64,000 nt of DNA, from NCBI GenBank assembly GCA_002410925.1, contig DHPR01000012.1:146643-210642 (forward strand), written 5' to 3'. Source of the DNA: a bacterium UBP13_UBA5359. GTDB lineage: Bacteria; UBP13; UBA5359. How positions within the stretch are numbered: position 1 is the stretch's first letter; every line of letters starts with the position of its first letter. A program made the translations under genes and the position numbers. A model generated the notes under the pieces. It worked only from the letters and a program-made list of their open reading frames with translations, was not told the DNA's origin and searched no databases. Shown in pieces: positions 49,721 to 59,811 of this stretch.

Positions 49721-49758
49721 TTTTCAACCGCTCTGTTATCAACGCCGGAATCGAGAGC

Positions 49759-52482
49759 TTACTTCCCATGTCTTTCCGTAACCTTACCAGCGAAAGGAGC
49801 CGTCTCTATTTGAATTAATTTCACCGCCTGTCCGGGAATGGTGAGCCTTGCCTCTGCCTTGCCGAAGATACTCTCTTCGTTGGCCGTAAGATCTATAAAT
49901 CTACATTTCAAATGGCGATTCTTCAGGCTGAGAAGAATGCTCTTATCCGTGCTTCCCAGATTGGAAAGTACAACCAGATAATTGCTGCTCCGACCGTATA
50001 CACTAGCCTTGACTTCGCTCGCTCTTTCGCCGGAGAGCAGCACCGGATTATTCTTATCCCAGTAGGCAAACCATTCCGAATGCCCGACGCCAAACTTATC
50101 CAGAATACTCCAGATCTGGCTGATCTTGCCGAGATCATAGGCATTCCACCACATTTCAGGCCTGATAAGAGTATCGTGAAGCAATGTTAACGGCAGAACC
50201 GTATCAAACACCCATCCCGGCGGCTTTTTATAGAGAAGCATTTCAGCGGGCACTCCCCAGTTCTTGCCGGCAAACTCAGCGCAGAAGGCATCGCAAGGCA
50301 GGATATCCGATACCTTGTCCTCTGCCGGCCTGTTGGCGCCCCAGATCAGATCCCATGCCTCGCCATCCCAGTAAGAATCGGCATAAGCCGTTACGGGAGT
50401 AAGCGCAGCTCCCCAGGCAACATTGGCGTTTATATATCCTCCCCTTGATTTCACCACCTGATAAATCCTCTGTGCCATACGACGTGCAGCCAGTATGGGG
50501 TAAGTTCCCTTGATACTGCTGCCGTCGGGAGCCCAGTGCTTTCCGGGCGTCCAATAGCCACAGCCGTGCAAATAGTTGGTGCAGGGCGGATAAGGAACAT
50601 AAACAGCATCAAGATATACTCCGTCCACTCCGTATCTATCCATGGTCTCGGCAATGCCGGTGACTATTCTATCCTGCCATTCGCTCTTGCTGCAGTAACG
50701 GTAAGCATACTGCTCTAGCTGGTAACGGCTTCCCCAGCGAGCCTTGCCGGCCGGTCCGAAAGGTTGACCGGGAGGCTTGTTGAGAACTCGCTCTGCCATT
50801 TCTTCCCATTCAGGCGCCTTATCTGACATTTCAAAACCGAAATAAACTAGGATTTTAATGTTGCGCTTATGCGCTTCCCTTACCAGATTATCAAGAAGCT
50901 CCGGCTTTGAAGCACGGGGATAGCTTTGAATATCTGCCCAGTTCTGGTGGAAGATAATGGTATCAACACCCATTTCCGCCGCTCTGTCGAGAACACTGAC
51001 CTCAACATCCGTTTGGTACAAACGTACACCAGTTCCTACGGAAGTGTTCACAAAGGCTCCCCCCTGGCTGAGAAGCCCGCCTGCAGCCGTTTTACCGGTA
51101 CCATCTGCTCGAATGCTGAAATTATCTTCCAGCAACGCTTTGCCGTTCCCGGAATGCAGCGCCAGATGTGTGACGGTAAAACCACCGTTGCAGTAGGAAG
51201 ACATAAAATCAAAGGGATGAGTCCCCAGCATTATTCGCCCGTTCTCAAGGGATATTTCGGAACCGAAGAGTCCCCTGAACCCGTTCCTCTCTCCGGCAGG
51301 ACTGCCGTCAATCCGAATTTCAAGCTTCTCTCCCCAGGAAAGCTTTATTTCATGATACCGCTTCCCCTCCAGCTTTTTTCTGCCGTTGATAACAAGAATC
51401 GGCGCTCCATTTCTATATACTTCATACCGCAGCCCCCGGTCATCTACATTCCAGTATAATCTGGCCACATCCCCATTATGCAGAACTACGGCGAAAAGCT
51501 CTCGGCAGTAAGACCATCTAGGCGTATCCCGATTTATTACAGGATTCAACTCGAATTCAGGTCTGCACTTTATAACCGCTTCGCCCGACATCGGATCGAT
51601 ATTGCCTGCGGCAGGGTAAGTAAGATTCACAGCGGCCGGCATCTTTTCCATGTTGTAGAAGGCACAATGTATCATTTTTTTATACCTGTCTGCAGGTATC
51701 GGCTTGACAGGCGTCGCTTGCAGCCCAAAAGAGTATGTAACCGGCTGATTAGGAGAGAATGCCTGATCTATCATCTTGATTCGGAGAATGGTCTCTTTTT
51801 TACCAGGGATCACTTCTATCGCCCGGCTCTTATTTCTATTGTACCAATGCTGATCAGACTCTGCCATCCAGCTTATGCCGCCCTCTTCCCAGCCTATCCA
51901 GGCCAATCCCGTATATGGAGCGGCTATCCCCTTCTTCGGAATAGCTCTGCCGGCCTTGGGCCAGAAATTGTACAGCCCGGCAATTTCGCTTTTTACCGGT
52001 ATATCAAGTGTGACCTTATCGAGTGTCAGTGCTCTTTTGGGAGAGATGGTAAGCTTTATCCAGATAAGGCCGTCATAATGAATATCAGCCTTACCTGCCA
52101 GCCGTAAAACGCTGGATTGGGATTCCGACGATAACGAAACAGAGGAGGGAGTTTTCTTTGTCATGGTAACTTCTGCCCCGGTTAAGCGTTGGCGCTCTCC
52201 CTCTACCACCACCTGCAGATCTATCGGCCGTGAGAGAATACTGCGGCCGGCCGTAATAATTCGACCAGGGAGCACGCTATCGATAAAACTATACTGTCGC
52301 GCCCAGGCTTTAACATTTATGCCGGCTGAATCTGCATCAGTCTGCAATGCTGTCCAGGGTGGCATGACATCGTTCGTCAAACCGATTTTTGATCCTACCC
52401 ATGTACTCTCTGCAGATACGGAATAGAGCCCCAGCAAAGATATCAGGCAAATTCCCGCCATAACTGTTAAAATTCTGCGCAC
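49759..52482 (-). CDS. DUF6067-like secreted putative glycoside hydrolase with an internal LamG-like insertion
   Basis: PPWT.L, YDG, FGLQATP, YFGFE, DGVYLD, C-x4-HGCGY, WDGE; GTG 52482 follows AGGAGG. Confidence 0.65.
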   Translation of the reverse strand: MRRILTVMAGICLISLLGLYSVSAESTWVGSKIGLTNDVMPPWTALQTDADSAGINVKAWARQYSFIDSVLPGRIITAGRSILSRPIDLQVVVEGERQRLTGAEVTMTKKTPSSVSLSSESQSSVLRLAGKADIHYDGLIWIKLTISPKRALTLDKVTLDIPVKSEIAGLYNFWPKAGRAIPKKGIAAPYTGLAWIGWEEGGISWMAESDQHWYNRNKSRAIEVIPGKKETILRIKMIDQAFSPNQPVTYSFGLQATPVKPIPADRYKKMIHCAFYNMEKMPAAVNLTYPAAGNIDPMSGEAVIKCRPEFELNPVINRDTPRWSYCRELFAVVLHNGDVARLYWNVDDRGLRYEVYRNGAPILVINGRKKLEGKRYHEIKLSWGEKLEIRIDGSPAGERNGFRGLFGSEISLENGRIMLGTHPFDFMSSYCNGGFTVTHLALHSGNGKALLEDNFSIRADGTGKTAAGGLLSQGGAFVNTSVGTGVRLYQTDVEVSVLDRAAEMGVDTIIFHQNWADIQSYPRASKPELLDNLVREAHKRNIKILVYFGFEMSDKAPEWEEMAERVLNKPPGQPFGPAGKARWGSRYQLEQYAYRYCSKSEWQDRIVTGIAETMDRYGVDGVYLDAVYVPYPPCTNYLHGCGYWTPGKHWAPDGSSIKGTYPILAARRMAQRIYQVVKSRGGYINANVAWGAALTPVTAYADSYWDGEAWDLIWGANRPAEDKVSDILPCDAFCAEFAGKNWGVPAEMLLYKKPPGWVFDTVLPLTLLHDTLIRPEMWWNAYDLGKISQIWSILDKFGVGHSEWFAYWDKNNPVLLSGERASEVKASVYGRSSNYLVVLSNLGSTDKSILLSLKNRHLKCRFIDLTANEESIFGKAEARLTIPGQAVKLIQIETAPFAGKVTERHGK

Positions 52483-52492
52483 GTTATACCTC

Positions 52493-55400
52493 CTATTCGA
52501 TAATGAAGAGAGCAAAATCTGCCTCTTCCAGATGGGCTTTAAAACGATTATTATTAAATGCCGTCTTGGCGCCGGTAAGCACATTATGAATGCGCCGAGG
52601 AGCAAATCCATACGCTTTACTCTTCAGCTCCACAGCGATCTCTCCCGGCTTGCCGAAATTGGATAATACCATCAGTACCTTGGAATCCCTTACATAAAGG
52701 CTGGCATAAGCATCCGTACGCTCGATAGAGACGTAATCATCTGCAAGCCAGTATGGAACCCAGCGTGAAGCCTGTGCTCCGAAATCGGCAAAGATCTTCC
52801 ATATAGAACCATACCATTTGGAGCCGACATTCTGAGGCCTGACGGTTACGTCATGCAAAAGAGAGATAGCCATCCCTTCCCTGGCATTATAGGCTATCAG
52901 TTGTGCCGGCAGCCCGATATTCTTTCCCATAAATTCCGCACGAAAAGCCGGCAACGACATTATGTTTTTAAACGGAATCTTGCCCCGCGAATGAAGACGT
53001 CCTGCGATCTGCTCTCCATCCCAGTAAGAGGAGGCAAAGGCCATTACCGGAGTTACAAGACAGCCTGACTGATGCACATCGACAAAGGCCTCATCGGCTC
53101 GAGCCGCTACATTCAAGGCATATATACGCCTCATCATCTCTCTGACAGCAAATATGGGAGCTGTCTGCCGCAACTGTCCTCTGTCATTTACATATCCGCA
53201 GCCGTGAATAAGCTTGTCACAGGGAAAAGGAACCGCCGTGGAATCCAGATAGACACCGTCAATATCATATTTTTCCAAGGCCCTGGATATAGCATCAACC
53301 AAAAAGTTGCTCCATATGGAATTATAACAGGCCTTGTATGCTTTCTGCGGAGGAACACGCCTTGTGTAAACAGTTTCATTCGGACGTATTACCTCATCAC
53401 GATAAGCAGTATATTCCGGAGCCAGGTCTGACAGTTCAAAGCCGAAGTAAAGCATCATCTTCATTTTACGGTCGTGTACAGCCTGTATCAAACTTTTGAG
53501 TCTCTCTTCTTCAGCTGTATCTCTATAGCTTTGTATCTCTGTCCAGCTTTCATGGAATACCAGTGTCTTATAGCCGTTCTTCTCCGCTGCTTCCAGCATA
53601 CTTTCATCTGCCGCTGGTTTGAAGAGAGACCCCGGTTGTGCATAGCCCTTATTCTCCATACCATAGAAGGCATGGTGGCATATCCTGTTTTCAAGCCATC
53701 CGGCAACAGCTGTTTTGCGTAGCGGCGTAGCTTGCAACCCGAATGTAAACACAACAGGGCATTCCAGGGTTATGGAATGATCGATAATGTTGATTCTTAA
53801 TAAAACTCTTTCTTTATCAGGTATGATCTCAATGGCCCGGCCGGTATCAAGAAGCCTAAAAGCCTCATCCGATTCCATAAACCATGTCAAGCCGCGATCT
53901 TCATCACCCAGATGAAGAATCCATTTAAAAGCACTCGTCCAGGCGGACTTCAGTTCACCTGAACCGGATGCTCCCGGCCAGTAATGAAAAAGTCCGGCGT
54001 GCTCTGCCTTAAGAGGAATCTCCAGGCTGAGGTTCTGCAAAGATATTCCTTTGCCGGCAGGGATCAACCTGATATCATAACGGCTCATTCCATCATATTC
54101 CAGAGTAGTCTTTATTTCGCAGGATAATTTGCCGTCGCTATGCTTGCCCAGCTGTATGTAACGCTCCGGTTTTTCCATAACGATAGATCTGGCAAAGGTG
54201 GTATCTGCGGAAGATAAACCGGATATCTTCATCTCTACCGGAGAGAAGAGCAGCTCCTTTCCTGCGGCTTCAATGCTTCTGGGAAGACCGTTGTCCTCAA
54301 AGATATAACTTCTGTTAAGGACCCTTAAAGCTTCACCCTCCCTAATCAAAGGAGTATAAGGCGGGAGAACTTTATCGGTTATGCCCGCTTTGCTTCCGGA
54401 CCAATCATCAGGATTTGCTACGCTTACAGAGAATTTTTCCTGTATCAGCAGGCGATCCTGGTTATCCAGCACCCTGGCCAAAAGATGGTATCGTCCCGGC
54501 GGACAGCCGGCGTTGATTAACCTGCTTGTGCCACGGTATACATCCCCTTTGAGCGTTAAAGGAATTATGCATTTTTCTACCGTTTTATCGGAGTTTACCG
54601 GTAGCAGACTCAGCTCCGCTCCGGATGCCTTTATCGTTGCCGGTATCCATATATCAACGGTCTTCTGAAACTCTTTCTCCTCGCACCGGGCAAGACGAAT
54701 GAATATTCGATTTTCTTTTCTGACAGCCTGTGAATAGTTAAAGATCTCTTGTGTGCCGGCTGTTCCGATTATATGCAGGTTGTATCTGTCGAAATCCGGA
54801 ATATCGCCTGCCGGTATTTTTTTAAAATCACCCGTCTCCAGGTTCACCTTATTTGAAAAGAGTATTTTTCCACCCTTGCTCAGCTTTATATCGAGAGACA
54901 CCGGCGCCAGCGCTTTGCCTGACAGTTCCAGTACACCACCCTGCACATCGCCCAGCGATAATAACTGCATTCCCTCGTTTTGAGTGAATCGCAGGCGATA
55001 AAATGCAGCTGAATCGGGTATGGCATGGCTCTTAACAGCTCCAAGAGAATAGCGTCGTATTTTTCCCTGCGCCTTGGTGCAGTACCGGCCCAGATTGAAG
55101 CTCCATATATCGCCGGGAGTTGCAGAGAGGCCGCCTAATTGATCAAAGGGTATCATATACTCCGCTTCCCAGCCAAAGTCCGTTCTGCGAGCTGCAAAAG
55201 ATACTCTGCCAGACCAACCGCTAGTTCCCCCGGCGGTTATCACCTTGCTGTTGACCATTCCGATAAATCTATATACGGTGCCGTTGGGAACCTGCAAAGC
55301 AACCTCGACGCTATTATCATCATACCAGGGATTTCGAGGCGGCAGATCGATAGCCTCATTATCATAACATCTGAAGGCTATATATATGCCCTGCCGGTCA

Positions 55401-55639
55401 TAGCACAGGAAAGCCACCGTAGCTCGATCAGAAACAGTTCCACCATTTATCTGCGTAAAACCACATATTGCTGCAGCATGGCTCCACTCGTTTTCATCAA
55501 CCGCACCATCAATCACCGGCAGGACATTGACCAAAGGCACTCCTATGATACGCTCATCTGCTGATACAACAGCTGCTACCGCCGATATGATAATCAGGGG
55601 CAACAGAAAAATTACAGCGCAAATCTTTAATCGTTGCAT
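52493..55639 (-). CDS. DUF6067-like secreted putative glycoside hydrolase with an N-terminal CBM9-like domain
   Basis: PVIDG..DENEW...YIAF...W.AE..IPF CBM9-like region; same catalytic-region motifs as the neighbouring gene; ATG 55639. Confidence 0.65.
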   Translation of the reverse strand: MQRLKICAVIFLLPLIIISAVAAVVSADERIIGVPLVNVLPVIDGAVDENEWSHAAAICGFTQINGGTVSDRATVAFLCYDRQGIYIAFRCYDNEAIDLPPRNPWYDDNSVEVALQVPNGTVYRFIGMVNSKVITAGGTSGWSGRVSFAARRTDFGWEAEYMIPFDQLGGLSATPGDIWSFNLGRYCTKAQGKIRRYSLGAVKSHAIPDSAAFYRLRFTQNEGMQLLSLGDVQGGVLELSGKALAPVSLDIKLSKGGKILFSNKVNLETGDFKKIPAGDIPDFDRYNLHIIGTAGTQEIFNYSQAVRKENRIFIRLARCEEKEFQKTVDIWIPATIKASGAELSLLPVNSDKTVEKCIIPLTLKGDVYRGTSRLINAGCPPGRYHLLARVLDNQDRLLIQEKFSVSVANPDDWSGSKAGITDKVLPPYTPLIREGEALRVLNRSYIFEDNGLPRSIEAAGKELLFSPVEMKISGLSSADTTFARSIVMEKPERYIQLGKHSDGKLSCEIKTTLEYDGMSRYDIRLIPAGKGISLQNLSLEIPLKAEHAGLFHYWPGASGSGELKSAWTSAFKWILHLGDEDRGLTWFMESDEAFRLLDTGRAIEIIPDKERVLLRINIIDHSITLECPVVFTFGLQATPLRKTAVAGWLENRICHHAFYGMENKGYAQPGSLFKPAADESMLEAAEKNGYKTLVFHESWTEIQSYRDTAEEERLKSLIQAVHDRKMKMMLYFGFELSDLAPEYTAYRDEVIRPNETVYTRRVPPQKAYKACYNSIWSNFLVDAISRALEKYDIDGVYLDSTAVPFPCDKLIHGCGYVNDRGQLRQTAPIFAVREMMRRIYALNVAARADEAFVDVHQSGCLVTPVMAFASSYWDGEQIAGRLHSRGKIPFKNIMSLPAFRAEFMGKNIGLPAQLIAYNAREGMAISLLHDVTVRPQNVGSKWYGSIWKIFADFGAQASRWVPYWLADDYVSIERTDAYASLYVRDSKVLMVLSNFGKPGEIAVELKSKAYGFAPRRIHNVLTGAKTAFNNNRFKAHLEEADFALFIIE

Positions 55640-55674
55640 AGAATGCCTCACACCCCTCTTGCTACAAAGTAGTC

Positions 55675-56361
55675 CTACAGGCCTGCTCGTCCCGGGCAGT
55701 TCGGATCGGTACACCACATGCCGGTTGGAGCATAGGGACCGGAGCTTCCGGTATAAGGAGTGGCCGTAGTTCTGCGATACTCCATAAACTTGACATGACC
55801 ATCGACAAAGAGATAGTTGGAAGAACTCGTGCCGGCATGCAGAGAAGCACTGGTGCCCATCTTGGACTTACTGTCGGATACGCAATATAGATAGCCGCCG
55901 CCGTTAGATCCTATATGCTGGCTGGAACTTATCCATGATTCCGCCAGAAGGATTGTTGCAGCCGGTAACGGAATATCGGTCATGGCCTTCCCGACAGATC
56001 CAGTATGGCCGATATTGTTGTCCACCATGGCATATGATCTATGGTACCCCACCGTCATGTTGCTGGAAGGACATACCAAAATACCATTATTATTCCCTGT
56101 GTATGAGCTTATCAGCTTGTTCCAGGGAGTAACCGGCACTGAGATCTTGGGAGGAAGAACTTCATCCCAATCCTGCGCATACATGCTGAAAGCCAGCCCA
56201 AGCTGCTTCAGGTTGCTCTGACAGGTAGCCTTTCTGGCATTCTCTCTGGCCCTGCCGAAAACAGGAAAGAGAATAGCCGCAAGGATTGCAATAATCGCAA
56301 TAACTACCAGCAATTCGATAAGCGTGAACCCCTCTCTCTTCACTTTTAAATGCCCCCTCAT
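55675..56361 (-). CDS. DUF1559 / prepilin-type protein with an H-X11-DG variant C-terminus
   Basis: [60 protein letters not shown]. Confidence 0.92.
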   Translation of the reverse strand: MRGHLKVKREGFTLIELLVVIAIIAILAAILFPVFGRARENARKATCQSNLKQLGLAFSMYAQDWDEVLPPKISVPVTPWNKLISSYTGNNNGILVCPSSNMTVGYHRSYAMVDNNIGHTGSVGKAMTDIPLPAATILLAESWISSSQHIGSNGGGYLYCVSDSKSKMGTSASLHAGTSSSNYLFVDGHVKFMEYRRTTATPYTGSSGPYAPTGMWCTDPNCPGRAGL

Positions 56362-56446
56362 GTTTAATGACCTCCTTGTTATTGGCAGCTGATCATCAAA
56401 AATAGTGCCATTCTAGGTTTATATTGTTCTTATTCCTCAGGGTATA

Positions 56447-56474
56447 CTTCGACACCATCATAAAAGATTCCTTC
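56447..56474 (-). promoter_or_regulatory. SigH-like promoter of the second pilin operon
   Basis: Minus strand GAAGGAATC-N12-GTCGAAG. Confidence 0.5.
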
Positions 56475-56513
56475 CTAAAACAGCAATCAATTATTGAAAG
56501 ATTAAATCGGCAG

Positions 56514-56542
56514 AAACCAGGAGCTTTTTCAGCTCCTGGTTT
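56514..56542. terminator. Hairpin, probable terminator of the DegT operon
   Basis: 12-bp perfect stem AAACCAGGAGCT / AGCTCCTGGTTT. Confidence 0.65.
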
Positions 56543-56722
56543 TGCTGTATGAATGGACAAAGAGAGCACAAGGCAATCTTGCCGAAGACAGGCAACCGAA
56601 ACCTGAAGAAGTATTCTGGGAAGATACGTTTTTTAGCGTTCAACAGATCGTTGAAAACGCTCCAAAAGCGCTTTTATTAAAGAAGAGAACCTGCTTTTTT
56701 CATGCTATGGCCAAATTGCAAA

Positions 56723-58615
56723 TTAAGCAGCTACGTCCCCTCCGCTCTCGGGGCTTATGGAGAGGATAGCTTCAAAAGCAGGTGCCGCAGTCTCCAGGCG
56801 GACTAAATGATAGCGCGCACTTCGGTTGGCATAAAGACCTTCTTCCATTGTACAAAGCTCTGCCTCGGGCATCTCTGCTTTGAAAACCCAACCGTTGAAT
56901 GTAACAGCCAGCCCTTGTTCCCCAAGCTGAAGCTGCGCCTCTCCGGCTCCATTATCCACCAGACAGGGTATCTCCAAACCCAGGCGATCGTAACAACCGC
57001 TGATAGTCGTGCTTATATACAGTCTCCCTGAGGTAAGCCGGTAAGACTGGGTGACGGCAGAGATGGCATTGGCTTCGGTATAGGCGGAATTGAAGCTCCA
57101 TGTCAGGCTCCACTCAACTTTCTGCGGTGAAACCGTCTTTTCGGTAAAGGTTACATCCTCGATGGCATCGCTCATAGCCGCCAGCGACTGCCACTCGCCT
57201 GACATCAGCCGCCAGCAGGGGCCTATGGCTGCAGCCTGTCCGGTCAGGGCTTCGTAGACATGATAATTCGGTTCAGCGGCTATGCCCATGGATAATGCCA
57301 GATCGAGTGGTGCGCCCCGATGATGCAACCGCCCCAATCCGGTAGCATCGTAACCCTTTTGACAGCGGGTATCCACAACCGCCTGGGTATGGCCGCAGGT
57401 AGCAAAGACTTTATGGAAAGCAGGCCACATATTCAGGAGACAGCCTTGAGAAGCCGATGCTTCTTCGCTTGCTTTTATATTTTCATCAGCCAATAAGGCT
57501 GTTCGGGCAAAAAGAGAGGCGGCCAGTAGCGCATAGACCGCATACTCGCCATAGCCTCTATCCTTGCCATGTCTGGTCGAGGGTTCGAAGGAGTTCTTGA
57601 TATAGCGCAGTGGATCAGCTTTAGCATAGGGAATAACAGCCTGGATCGAGCGCACAGCCGCCTCTCTGAAGCAACCAGCCGCCTCCGGGCGCCCTTCTTT
57701 CATATACTGCAGGGCCTGATACTCACAGATATATGCGAACATGGCTTCATTATGAAGATAAAGATTGGATCGCCCGCCGAAGGGGGCGTAGCCGCAAGGA
57801 GAAAGCATCTGCAGCGTGACCAGGCCTGCCCGCCGCAACAACTCTTGCAAAGAGTCATGCATTGGCCCGTCATAACCGTATTGCAGCAGCTCGCTCAGGT
57901 TATGGCGCACGGCAAAATCGTAAAGGTGAGGATCGCCCGGTTCCCGATACATGCCTAATTCGGTAAAGAAGGGCATCTGCAGGCTGAGCTGATGCTCTAT
58001 CCAGTCGCGCTGATCGGCTAACCCGCAACGAAAACGCAGCCATTCGCAAGTGCAAGCAGAGGGACCGTAATTGTTGGGACGATGGCCGGCAGCACGATCA
58101 GGCGTGACATTGTAAGCGGTATCGGGATTTAGGGCAGCCAAGGCTCTGTGCCATATTTCAGCCTGGTCGTCCTCGACATAACCGCGCAGGATATCATAGG
58201 CAATAACCATCTCCTTGACGACCAGAGCCAGCACTGCCGGACGGAGATCGTCTCCCGTTGCAGCCCGTTTCAGTACGCCTCCTGCCAGTTGCGACAATGC
58301 TCTGGAGGCCGGCTCCAACAGGTCGGTCCGCTTTCTCTCTCTGAGCAAAATGGCGGCCGGGCATACGAAGCGGGCCGCGGTTCCCCCCTGCCAGCGGTTA
58401 TCGTGCCCTTCGACCGGATCAATGATGACACCGTTATCGTCCAACCAGGCCAGAGACCGGTCGATGATTGTTTCCGCCAGATCTAAATAGAGCGCGCGAG
58501 CATCTACAGCTACAGCGGGACCACCCGGTGTCAGCAACTGAGATAGCGCTTCCTCATGAGGAAACGCCGGTAATTCCTGCGGATATGTAATCATAGTCAA
58601 CTCCTCCATTTTCAA
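56723..58615 (-). CDS. Hypothetical cytoplasmic protein (helical N-terminal part, beta-rich C-terminal part)
   Basis: 630-aa ORF translationally coupled to the upstream gene (4-nt overlap); no recognised family. Confidence 0.7.
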   Translation of the reverse strand: MKMEELTMITYPQELPAFPHEEALSQLLTPGGPAVAVDARALYLDLAETIIDRSLAWLDDNGVIIDPVEGHDNRWQGGTAARFVCPAAILLRERKRTDLLEPASRALSQLAGGVLKRAATGDDLRPAVLALVVKEMVIAYDILRGYVEDDQAEIWHRALAALNPDTAYNVTPDRAAGHRPNNYGPSACTCEWLRFRCGLADQRDWIEHQLSLQMPFFTELGMYREPGDPHLYDFAVRHNLSELLQYGYDGPMHDSLQELLRRAGLVTLQMLSPCGYAPFGGRSNLYLHNEAMFAYICEYQALQYMKEGRPEAAGCFREAAVRSIQAVIPYAKADPLRYIKNSFEPSTRHGKDRGYGEYAVYALLAASLFARTALLADENIKASEEASASQGCLLNMWPAFHKVFATCGHTQAVVDTRCQKGYDATGLGRLHHRGAPLDLALSMGIAAEPNYHVYEALTGQAAAIGPCWRLMSGEWQSLAAMSDAIEDVTFTEKTVSPQKVEWSLTWSFNSAYTEANAISAVTQSYRLTSGRLYISTTISGCYDRLGLEIPCLVDNGAGEAQLQLGEQGLAVTFNGWVFKAEMPEAELCTMEEGLYANRSARYHLVRLETAAPAFEAILSISPESGGDVAA

Positions 58616-59742
58616 TCAGACCGATCGCTTAACCATTTATTTAAATGCTCTCTCACAAAAGCATCATCATTCAAATGCGAGTAGGCTTCATAAACCCTGT
58701 CTATCTCTTCCTTCTGTCCCTGGCTCAGCTTTTCCTTCGAATCGAGACACCAGATCCCTTCAAGCAATCCCTGCCGGCGCAATACTTCATGAAGCCCTGC
58801 TATGCAGCCGGCAAATCTGTTAGCAGCATCGAAAAAGGCGGCGTTGGCATCCGTAATTTCAACGCTCCTGCACATCAGTTCCATTGGTACATCTCCTCCG
58901 CCTGATACGATGTTATGACACTCTTCCAGCAACTCCACCGCTCTTTTCGTCCATACCGACCAGTGTCCCAGCAAGCCGCCACTTATTCTCCTCTCTACCG
59001 AAATACCATTAACCATAAACCGGTAAGGAGTAAGCAGATCCATCAAAATATTATCATCGTTGCCGGTATAGAGGGCGATGTCGTTTCGGCCGGCCTCCAC
59101 CACTGCCCTGACCACATCTACGGTCTTATAGCGGTCGAACGGAGCCATCTTTATGGCGACTACATTCTTTATCTCTGCAAATCGTCGCCAGAAGCTGTAG
59201 CCAAGCTCTCTTCCACCCACTGCAGGCTGCAGGTAGAAGCCTACCAGCGGTATCTCTATAGATATGCGCTTGCAATGGTTAATAAGCTCTTCTTCTGTAG
59301 CATCTTTCATAGCGGCCAGGCTAAGAAGACCGGCATTATATCCTAGATTACGAGCCTGCTCCGCCTCTCTTACGGCTTGCCCGGTATCCCCGCAAATACC
59401 GGCTATTCCGACCAGAGGCTCTGCTCTATCCCTATCTGCCCGTGACATCTCTTCGGCGGCAATCTCCAGTACGGGCTGGTATAGCCCTATTTTCGGGTCT
59501 CGTATGGTAAATTGGGTGGTGTGAACCCCTACCGCCAACCCGCCGGAACCGGCAGCAATATAGTATCTGCACAGAGCTCTTTGGCGGCGCTCATCAAGCT
59601 TACGCTCTTTGGTTAAAGCCAGCGGGCTGGCGGGAATGACGACACCTTTTTGCAAGATGCGTTGAATTATGGGATTAATAGTACGCCCTGCGGACGCGCT
59701 TGTCGGTTGCGGATTATTAATTATCGGTTTTAGAGTTTCCAT
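58612..59742 (-). CDS. DapA/NAL-family aldolase/dehydratase-like protein
   Basis: GVHTTQF, FYLQ tyrosine, AIKMAPF Schiff-base lysine, YTGNDD; ATG 59742 follows AGGAG. Confidence 0.85.
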   Translation of the reverse strand: METLKPIINNPQPTSASAGRTINPIIQRILQKGVVIPASPLALTKERKLDERRQRALCRYYIAAGSGGLAVGVHTTQFTIRDPKIGLYQPVLEIAAEEMSRADRDRAEPLVGIAGICGDTGQAVREAEQARNLGYNAGLLSLAAMKDATEEELINHCKRISIEIPLVGFYLQPAVGGRELGYSFWRRFAEIKNVVAIKMAPFDRYKTVDVVRAVVEAGRNDIALYTGNDDNILMDLLTPYRFMVNGISVERRISGGLLGHWSVWTKRAVELLEECHNIVSGGGDVPMELMCRSVEITDANAAFFDAANRFAGCIAGLHEVLRRQGLLEGIWCLDSKEKLSQGQKEEIDRVYEAYSHLNDDAFVREHLNKWLSDRSD

Positions 59743-59811
59743 GCAAGCACTCCTGAGTCTGCTGATCTTTTTCATCTTTGGCAGCAATACCGCCAATTCC
59801 TTGAACAGCTG

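Noticed and set aside
46680-56450. GT-N-TATA-like words upstream of both regulators and the second pilin as a shared GntR operator
   Set aside because: Too short and degenerate in AT-rich spacers to distinguish from chance without motif statistics
56542-56769. 75-aa plus-strand ORF, and a possible c-di-GMP riboswitch-like string (GCACAAGGCAA...GAAACC)
   Set aside because: The ORF starts inside a hairpin without an RBS. The GACGCAAA and P2/P3 elements are missing and the orientation faces no gene.
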